From the human T2T-CHM13v2.0 reference genome, Homo sapiens: a stretch of DNA of 64,000 bases. Positions 54,555 to 64,000 of this stretch are shown here, piece by piece; within the stretch, counting starts at the first letter, position 1; every line of letters begins with the position of its first letter. A model generated the notes under the pieces. It saw only the letters and a list, made by a program, of their open reading frames with translations, did not search any database and was not told where the DNA came from. A program made the translations under genes and the position numbers. The stretch lies in NCBI RefSeq assembly GCF_009914755.1, contig NC_060926.1; one strand, 5' to 3'.

Positions 54555-55877
54555 TACGGATATTTATCGCAGATAATTGTCAGAGGCCGTTAGCCAGTAA
54601 GTGGCATGAATAAGACTTGAATTCACGTTACTTGTGACTATACTATACAACTTGGTGAAGGTCAGATATGTTGGTATGGTCAGGCATTGTACAAGAACTA
54701 ATCATCTGATGCACAGCACCATGCTACTACTTTGGAAAAAGAATGATTTCCTCTGACATTTTTTTGAGCTGTCATTAAAAATTAGACAGAATTGTAATTT
54801 CTAAAGCTCTAGTTTTGATTTTCTTTGAAAACCATTTTGATATACAATGTTTATTCAATGATGACAGCTATACAGTCTCTTTTTAAACTTTAGAGGAAGG
54901 GTTATTTGAGTTAGAACATCCATGTATTGCTGTCCTGTGCAATACAATACAGTAGTATTGTGCCTAGAAGATCCCTCTTAGTCAAGGTAAACATGACAGC
55001 TGTTAAGAAACCAAAGTGGTTCACTGAAACAAAAAGTACATTTTTTAAACAAGAGAAAGAAACCAAAGTGAGTGCCTGTCATTTTAGCAGAACATTGATT
55101 TAGAAAGATACAGTCATTGTTTCATGAAAACTTTTTTAAATGAAGTAACCCAAATGTGTGGGTTATTCTAAAGCTGTTTTTCATCTTTGAATCCCAAAAC
55201 ATTGAGACCATGCAATTTTATCACTTTGGTTTAGTGGTTTTTTTTTTTTTTATATTATGAAACAGTTTTGTTATGAAAAGTTTCAAACTTACTTGAAGAT
55301 TAGAGAAAATAATATCATGAACACCCATTACTCATCATTCTAATTCAGTTTTATTTGGCTATTCTTGTTAATTATGAAAGGCTGCTTATAGCAAATGACC
55401 AGAATTCTACGGAGCATTTGAAACCACTGAATAGGGAAAATCTTGTCACATAAATCTAAATTCTGTGTTCTATATTTGCTTCATAATTCTCTGTGGTGTA
55501 CCCCATCTCAAATTTGACTGCCGCCTTTTGCACAATTGTGACCAATAATAAAATAAGAAATTCACCCATTATCACTAGCATGTATGTTTCTCTCTTCAGC
55601 AAGTGGGTACTCTGATTTTGCTGAGTAAACAAGAAGAATCCCAACTTTAGTTTTATTAGTAAAATGTGACTGTCTCAGCTTTTTGAAGTGCTCCTTTCTT
55701 GCACTTAATTATGGAGTTTGTAGTAAAAGGAGAGAGTAGATTTGTTTTTGCCATTGAGTAGCATCTTGAAGAATAGAATGCTGATGATATGTGTTTATTA
55801 AAGTCATGTTATTTTGTGATTAATTTCATAAGTCTAAGGAAATAGAATATGTGATAATTCTGTGTTTAAAGGTGAGC

Positions 55878-56050
55878 AGCCGGGTGCGGCGGCTCACACC
55901 TTTAATCCCAGCACTTGGAAGGCTGTGGCAGGTGGATCGCTTGAGCCCAGGAGTTTGAGACCCCAGCCTGGGCAACATGGTGAAACCCCATCTCTACCAA
56001 AAATACAAAAATTACCCAGTCTCATAACCCAGTCTCAAAATAAATAAATA
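55878..56050 (+). mobile_element. Partial Alu (left monomer plus terminal remnant)
   Basis: gccgggtgcggcggctcacacc...ggatcgcttgagcccaggagtttgagacc...aaaatacaaaaatta, then gtctcaaaataaataaata. Most of the right arm is missing. Confidence 0.8.
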
Positions 56051-57688
56051 GATTAAATTTAAAAAAAACATGACAGTGAGAGATTTGGTATATTAATGCT
56101 GTGCCTGAGCCAGTATTCCTAGAACATAAATGCAGAGGCATTGGAATTCTGCTATAATTTTTTGATCTGGTTGATATTTACTTTACAGAAAGATACTTGA
56201 AGTAGACCGAGCCTGAATAGAAGCTAATAATAGACATTTTATTGAATATAAAAAGAAAACGCACATTGTTCCCTTGCATACAAGACAATGGTTTTCCTGT
56301 TGAACATGTATCTGCTGCTTTGAAGAATTATTCTAATTTTAACAAGATAACAAAGAATAGTAGAATCTATTTTTATATATCTGATCTACAGGTGATGGTT
56401 TTGCATGAGTAGTGTGCTTTCAGTTTTCAAAAGATTCATAAACTTCGGTTCCTGGAGCTATGTAGAGCAAAGAAATCACAAATTAGAGCAAATTTTAAAT
56501 TGGGTAATACTATCTTTAACCTTTGGGCTTTTAAAAATGTTGGTTATTTCACTCTTATTCCTTTGGAATATTTCTTATTCTTGAATAGCTTCATAACTAA
56601 AAACTACCAGAGTTTTCCCTAAAATGTGTTAACTATTAGCGCTTTGATTTTTTTTTTCAAGGTTGAAAACCCATATGTTCAGCTAGGTACCACACTTTAC
56701 TAGGATGTTCTTTATGATTTAAGAACCAATCATTACAGAGTAAAGTGACAGAAATTACCGTGCATCTTGCCCATTCCCTATGTATTTAATGTTGACATAG
56801 AGTTAATTATGTTAGAATAGACAGAGTGTTTGTGGGGTGGAGGTGGTGATTTAGGAATCTGAAAATTTCTAAATTATGTACTTGTGCAGATAGAAAAATA
56901 AACACAAAAAGACAACTAAGTTTGATATGTTCTTTGAACAGTGTTTTCAGGGAAGATTTATGGTTAATATCTTTCATTATTTTAGTTCTGTAATGAAACC
57001 TGCTTTTCCACATACAGCTCCCAAGTTATGTCTTGAAAGAATTTCAGGACAAAGCAGTCTTAAACCTGAGCAATTTTTGATACCTGAAAGTTTGGGGGAG
57101 TTTAGAAATTCTGCAGTGGTAGCACTGTGTTCTATTTTCAAAGATGCGAGACTTATAATTACCTCAACTGTGTGTTGGTCATAATGTGCTGTAGTGAGTG
57201 TATTAGTGTTTCTCCTGGGATTTACCCTACTTTGAAGTTTAACGTATAGAGAACTTTTCCTTATGGATCTGTTTTTCATATAATAGCAACATTTTTTTTG
57301 AATGAAGCAGTTATTAAAATTTATTCAAGGTTGAAAACCCATATGTTGGGCTAGTTTGCACACTTGACTACGATGTTCTTTACTATTTAAGAACTAACCG
57401 TTACAGGGTAAAATGATGGAAGCTAGTGCACGTCTGATGCACTAATTTCCATCAGTTATTTTTCTTTGCTACAAACTTGAGTGCTGTTGTTAACTGGAAA
57501 ATAGATCAGAAAATTTAGTTGTGGAGCATTCTAATAATTTTGAGGTCAGATTTCTTAAAGTTTGAATATATATATAATGTTTTGGTGCACTTGAGTTAGG
57601 TTGATTTGTTTAATAGATATTTATTCAAGAAGTTATACTTGTTTGCCTTAGATTCATTTGGTTTTAACTACTTAAAACTCTTCTTAAG

Positions 57689-57761
57689 GTTCAAAGTACG
57701 GAGGGAGAAGCTCCTCATGTTCCAGCCACTTACCAGCTAGGTCTTACGAAGTCGAAAAGAG
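57689..57761 (+). CDS. ITPRID2: ITPRID2 coding exon 9: [24 protein letters not shown]
   Basis: Acceptor ctcttcttaag (AAG), consensus donor AG|gtaagt. 73 nt, phase 0 to 1, bridging exons 8 and 10 in frame. Confidence 0.88.
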
Positions 57762-60700
57762 GTAAGTGGACCAGTATCCACTAGTTCTGAGCACATTATC
57801 AAATATTAGTTGATTTGGAAAAGGGGTTTTATGTATCAGTATTTGTAGTATTTATGAGTGTGAAAAGGCAAAGAACACACACAGGTAGGCATGATTCACT
57901 ATTGTTTGTAGAACTTTTTTTGTATTTTTTAAAAGACTTTTTAAAAATTAGTTTGCTAATTAGTTTGCTTATTCTGGAATGACCTCATTACACAATTGTG
58001 TGTGCTCTAAGTATTTTACACTATTGCATAAGAGCTAGTTGGGAAGTGATAGAGCAATGGATTAAGACTACCTTTTACATTGTTATGACTGAAAAATATA
58101 CTGGTATTATCTATCTTTGGTGTTTCACTATATAAATATAGCTCCTAGGTATAACACATGAATATTCCTCTAGCAAAACCCACCAATTTTTTAGCAATAG
58201 TTAAAGCTAGTTAAATTCAAACTATGGGTCGAAGGTGAGTGGTTGTAGATACTGTTCCTCTCTTAAATTATTAATTATTGACCAAAGAACCTTTGAATCC
58301 ATCCCTTTCACTTTTAACTTGCAACAACAACAACAACAAAAATGTGTGATCTTTGGATTTACAAAACTTTTGAGCTTTAGAGAAAGGGAAAGAGGAAGAA
58401 GTGAAAATGACCACTGAAGGTAGGACTGTTTATTTTTGAAACTTTACACATGCTGAACCACCCTGTTTTTTTTTTAAACAAAGATTCGTATGTATGTTCC
58501 TAGAATAGGAAATTACATGTTTGTTGTCTCCTGATCTCTGAAATTACTTCACAGGAGACAATTTGCATAAATTTTTTTCTTTTATTGCAATATGGTATTA
58601 AGAAACAAGAGCTTCACTCTCACTCGGTCACTGCAGCTCTGGTTAGACTCAAAATTGAACTTTACTATTTAATTTTCTTCCCCTTGTAAGTTCATAAATT
58701 TATGTATGTGTTTCTGAGCTGAGTTCATGGTCATCAAGAAGTGTTTGCTTTAGATAGGTAGACAGGGGATACATTGGAAAAAGCAGCTTGCCATGCATTA
58801 AAAGGAGGATAAGAAAACAATAAAATTACTTTAAGGTGTTTTAAGAGCAAGATCCCTGTAGTAGGAATGATTAGATGTGGTTTATATTCATATCTGGGTT
58901 TTTTCCTTTTCTTAGTCAGATTTTTATAAAGTAACAGTAAAATGGTTCTGTGTGTCTGTGTGCATGAGAGAGAAGAGAGAACAACATAGTTTTCATCATC
59001 TTGAAAAGTATCCTATATCCTATGTAAGTATCTTAGATTGATCATAACTGTAGAGTTAGAAACACTCGTAATATATTTACTTCAAAAGTTTAGGAAAAAT
59101 GCATATAGCAGTTTGATAATAGGACTTTTGAAATCAAAATTATCTTAATCTCAAATCCAGTCCAAGATTTACATACTGAAGCCCAGAGAGGTTTAGTGAC
59201 TTAATGTTTGTTACAAGTTAGCATTCGGTAGTTATGTTGAGAAAAGTTCAACATTTTTCTTATTAAAGAAGACATACAATATTTTCTTTAGTCTAGGAGA
59301 GAATAGATAGACAGTTGTTTGGTTTCTTTATGATGATACTAGACAAAGTTTCCAGATTTTTTTCTCACTTTAATGTTTCCTCTAACTTCCTAGTTTTTAA
59401 TTAGAAATCATATATTGTATCTTTAGGACAGAGATCTAATCCTTTTTTATAGTTCCATCTTTTTCTGTTGAGAACTGTGTTTTTGGAAACAGAAGTGTCT
59501 GACTAAAGAACCTAGATTGTGATTTATGGTTTACAAAATAGTTTCCCCTACATTCTACTTAGTTTCTGAAGTAGCCCTGTGAGATAGATAGAAGAATTAT
59601 TATTATCTCGTTTTGCAGAGGAGAGAAGCTATATTGCTTATGACGAGAAACACAGCAAGAACTTGAACCCAGGCCTCCTTGTTTTACCCATTGCCCCAAA
59701 CCTGCTCTGAAGTCTGAGCAGTCTACCTGCATTATGACCCAAACTGTGTACTTAGACAGGGCTTAGCAACTGTGAGGTGAACTTGGCAGACTGTACTCTC
59801 TTGCAGATAAAACATACCTTAGCAGAGAGAACCAGTCAGAGCTGCTCACTCTGTCTTCCCTGCACTCAGGCACCTGCCCTTGCCTAGCCAGATAGACAGT
59901 TTCACTTCTAAATTGTTTAAATGACTGCATTATTCTTTTGTTGCTTTAAGGAAATGGGTATCATTGATTGAGGTCAGCAAACATTTATTCTCAGCTTATT
60001 CTAGGTACTGGGATACAAAGAAGAATAGTTTCTGCCTTCAAAAGGCTCACAATCTAGTTTAAAGATATGAAAATACGTAATTATAGTGATAACTGCTATA
60101 GCATAAGATGTTAATCATTTTACCAAGAATATAATGCCTTATCAGTACTGGTGGTAACAGCTTATTGCAGTTCAGTTTCACAAGTATTCCAATTTACGTA
60201 GGCTTATCAAGGATATGGAATAATTCCTTATATTTCATTTTGCAGTCTTGTTACTATCAAAATGATATTACAAAATTATTCTAAATTTTTAATGGGAAAA
60301 ATGTATTCCATGGAAACTGAGTCTATAGTGGGGTATTTTTCAAACCAAGTTGACTTTAATAGATTTTAAATTTTATTTAATTATATTATCTGGCTCTTTT
60401 TCTATGTGGTTCATATCTTAAATGAATATGGTTTTGGTAAACACACTTTATTTAGCCTTTTGCTTTTGAAGTTCTGCAGAACTTTGCTGTCTCTTGAAGC
60501 TTCTGCCTTGATGAATGTAAGAACTGTACAGTCTCTCCCATTGTGGTAGTTGTAGTGTGGATAGAATGTGAACATACTTGCTATGCTTAGTTGGCCTTTT
60601 TACTTATGTAAAACATTATAGATCATACTAACCAGGAATTAGAATTTTGAGGCAGAAAAATAAGCAGAAAGATTTTATAAGATTAACAATATTATGTTGT

Positions 60701-60846
60701 AGTTGAACCTATTTGGTTGAGTTTTATGTAATTTTTATGAAAGAATTGTTTCATACCTTATACATTTGCATCATTTAAAACATCATAAAACACCAGAGAC
60801 ATTTAAGTATGCTTGCATTTCAGATTATTTAATTTACTGGCCTTAA

Positions 60847-61155
<309 letters not shown>

Positions 61156-61567
61156 CCTAACTGTGTTTTTTAAATTGGGAAGATAATAGAAATCTTTACA
61201 CACTATGCTCTCTATATGAACTTCTAAATTTACCTCCTAAATATCTTTACATATTTACATAATGGAAATGGTTTACTTTGGGACTTCTGTTTTTATTAGA
61301 GCCATCTTTTACTTCAGTTTTCCTCCAAGGATAAAACATTGATTGGATTTACCAAAATAGATTATAATTAGAGCTTAATTAATGAGCGAATACCGAGAGA
61401 TTCTAATAGAAGATCTGATACAGTTTTTGTTTGAATTTGAGTTACCTCCTGTACTTTGAAGACATAATTTTGCATAAGTAATGCATATTTTTCTAAGAAG
61501 CAGTCAAATATTGTGTATCTTATATCTGCTGGGAATCATATCTCTGTAGTAATATTGCTCTCAGTAA

Positions 61568-61642
61568 TTTCTTATAGCCACTTTTTTTATTTATAGATCA
61601 TCTGTTTCTTATAGCCACATTTTTTTATTCATAGATCATCTG
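61568..61642 (+). repeat. 37/38-bp tandem duplication spanning the exon-10 splice acceptor
   Basis: Copy 1 at 61568-61604 and copy 2 at 61605-61642 differ by one inserted A and one T/C substitution. Confidence 0.95.
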
Positions 61643-61723
61643 TTACGTACTGCAAGTCAGCATTCCGATAGCAGTGGTTTTGCTGAAGATTCTACAGACT
61701 GCCTATCCCTTAATCATCTTCAG
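61635..61723 (+). CDS. ITPRID2: ITPRID2 coding exon 10: (D)[29 protein letters not shown]
   Basis: Acceptor tttttttattcatag, donor CAG|gtaaaa. 89 nt, phase 1 to 0. Confidence 0.92.
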
Positions 61724-62079
61724 GTAAAATTTTCTGTTCTAATAGGCACTATGATTAACTTCCTCATTTTAAGGTGGTTTTTGTATTACTATATATTTTA
61801 ATATTGAGTCTGTATAATCTTTATTTTTCAAGTGACAGAACAAAACTCCTGGCATGTAGATGTTATCTAAGCATTTGACTATAAATTTTAGATTTCATTA
61901 ATTCTTCTCTCTGAATATGTTTTTAAAAATATCTATCTTCCCCTTAATTTTTGGACCACCAGTAAACAGAGATTATTGTGATCATTAACCTGTTTTGTCT
62001 GTTGTTTTTCTTATTTTTTTAACCATCATTATATTTCATTATTTTACAGTAATTGTTTTGCCTATTTAATAACTGACAT

Positions 62080-62930
62080 TAATTGTGGACCTATAGCTTG
62101 CTGAGTGTTATACTGATTTTTACACTAGGTTGTGTGAGATAACCCAGAGAACAGGCACATCTTTATCCCCAAGAAGCATATAGTCTATATGTAGAGTACA
62201 CAGAATGCACAGAAAAAGCATTTGAAACATTTTTTAAGCAAATTCTAAAGAAAATTGGGATGAGAAAACTCCCAAAGAGCCTTTAGGAACATAGCATTTA
62301 AGGGGTAAACAGACAAGAGGCATATGTAAGTTCACTGAGAAAGAGTAATTAAGTGAACAGAAACACTGGGAGATGGAGGAGAAACTTTCAGAAGGTATGG
62401 AAGAAAAGATAGGAATGTTGACTGGTTTTCAAATATGAATGATAGCTTAAGAGTGAGGGGTCTTTTTGTCCTTTTATAATAACATGAAATGACTTGGGGA
62501 AAGTGTTCAGCTAAGGGAAATAACCGTAAGAGAAGAACTGATTCAGAAAAATCCGGGCTGAAACTGGAGAGATACCCTGGTCTTGGAGAGGATATGATCA
62601 GGAACCCAGGTTGGAGGGATTCGCTTTGAGTTTCCTTTCAGAATGGAGAGAAGGAGGGAATGATGGGGAGAGATACAAGGAAGTTTTTAGATGTTGGGGA
62701 AGAATGTTAGGAAGTGTTTGTCCATTTTCTCTATGAGTCAGTGTGTTGTATTGAAAGGAAAGGGGGAGGTTGTTGGAAAGGGAATTTTAGGAAAACAGTG
62801 AAGTTCTGAAATAATCTTTGTGAGAAAGTGAGAGGAAGGAGGGATGTGGTTGCTGCTCAGGAGCAATAAAACAATTTTGAGCAACAGCAGGGCCACAACT
62901 GCAGTGGAGACAGTGAAATTATAGAAGCAC
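62080..62930 (-). mobile_element. Decayed L2-like fragment(s) in intron 10
   Basis: Purine-rich text (acaggcacatctttatccccaagaagcatatagtcta; aggaacccaggttggagggatt) resembling antisense L2. Boundaries are approximate. Confidence 0.4.
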
Positions 62931-63005
62931 CATGTTGGTTTGGTATTTTGTTAGTGACTCTTCTTACATATATTCTTCATCTTTCCACCTATTTTCTTTT
63001 CACAG

Positions 63006-64000
63006 GTTCAGGAGTCCTTGCAGGCTATGGGGAGTAGTGCTGATAGTTGTGACAGTGAGACAACAGTTACGTCACTTGGTGAAGACCTTGCCACACCAAC
63101 AGCACAAGACCAGCCTTATTTTAATGAATCAGAGGAGGAGTCTCTTGTCCCTCTTCAGAAGGGACTAGAGAAGGCAGCAGCAGTTGCAGACAAAAGAAAA
63201 TCAGGTAGCCAGGATTTCCCTCAGTGCAACACCATTGAGAATACAGGAACTAAACAGTCCACCTGTAGTCCAGGGGATCATATCATTGAAATTACTGAAG
63301 TGGAAGAGGATTTGTTTCCAGCAGAGACAGTAGAGCTACTGAGGGAAGCAAGTGCTGAAAGTGATGTGGGTAAAAGCAGTGAAAGTGAATTTACTCAGTA
63401 TACCACACACCATATTCTGAAATCATTGGCTTCTATTGAAGCTAAATGCAGTGATATGAGCTCTGAAAATACAACTGGGCCTCCCTCTTCCATGGACAGA
63501 GTTAATACAGCTTTGCAAAGAGCTCAAATGAAGGTTTGCAGTCTGTCTAATCAAAGGATGGGGCGTAGCCTGCTAAAATCAAAAGATTTGTTAAAACAAA
63601 GGTACTTATTTGCAAAAGCTGGCTATCCTCTAAGAAGGTCTCAGTCTTTACCAACCACCTTATTGAGCCCAGTAAGGGTTGTGTCCTCTGTCAATGTTCG
63701 ATTATCTCCAGGAAAAGAGACCAGATGCAGCCCACCTTCCTTCACCTATAAGTACACACCTGAAGAGGAGCAGGAATTGGAAAAGCGGGTGATGGAACAT
63801 GATGGTCAGTCTTTAGTTAAATCGACCATTTTCATCTCTCCATCATCTGTGAAGAAAGAAGAAGCCCCCCAGAGTGAGGCGCCGCGGGTGGAGGAATGCC
63901 ATCATGGAAGGACTCCTACCTGTTCACGGCTTGCTCCACCACCAATGTCTCAGTCTACCTGTTCCCTTCATTCCATCCACTCTGAGTGGCAAGAAAGGCC
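63006..64000 (+). CDS. ITPRID2: ITPRID2 large coding exon 11, truncated by the window end: [21 protein letters not shown]...[10 protein letters not shown]...[10 protein letters not shown]
   Basis: Long pyrimidine tract ending ttttcttttcacag. Phase 0 start and an open frame for 995 nt to the window end. It is absent from the ORF track, presumably because no stop is reached. Confidence 0.95.

Noticed and set aside
54894-55067. Possible cryptic exon in intron 8 (tttag acceptor; donors gtaaac and gtgagt)
   Set aside because: The signals are weak, it is not needed for the reading frame, and it cannot be distinguished from background pseudo-exons.

Overview
This is primate (very likely human) genomic DNA, judged from Alu S/Y/J, L1, L2, MIR and MER repeats and spliceosomal GT-AG introns. 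Bases 1-39,300 are AT-rich, repeat-dense sequence with no supportable protein-coding gene. A CpG-island promoter at about 39.4-40.6 kb begins ITPRID2 (SSFA2/KRAP, an IP3-receptor-interacting protein) on the + strand. I reconstructed 11 phase-consistent coding exons (ATG at 39854; 2570 coding nt, about 856 codons), and the last exon runs off the window end. Most other entries in the ORF track look like artefacts of Alus, microsatellites, GC-rich DNA or chance. I found no CRISPR array, RNA gene or convincing novel multi-gene system. The best second-look items are a near-perfect tandem duplication of the exon-10 splice acceptor that creates a decoy site whose use turns the real acceptor TAG into a stop codon, a 34-bp TSD-flanked poly(A)-tailed micro-insertion, two diverged 70-110 bp local duplications, a minisatellite ending in a perfect palindrome, and upstream translation and divergent-splicing signals at the promoter. 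Gene and repeat subfamily names come from recalled sequences, not from a database search.
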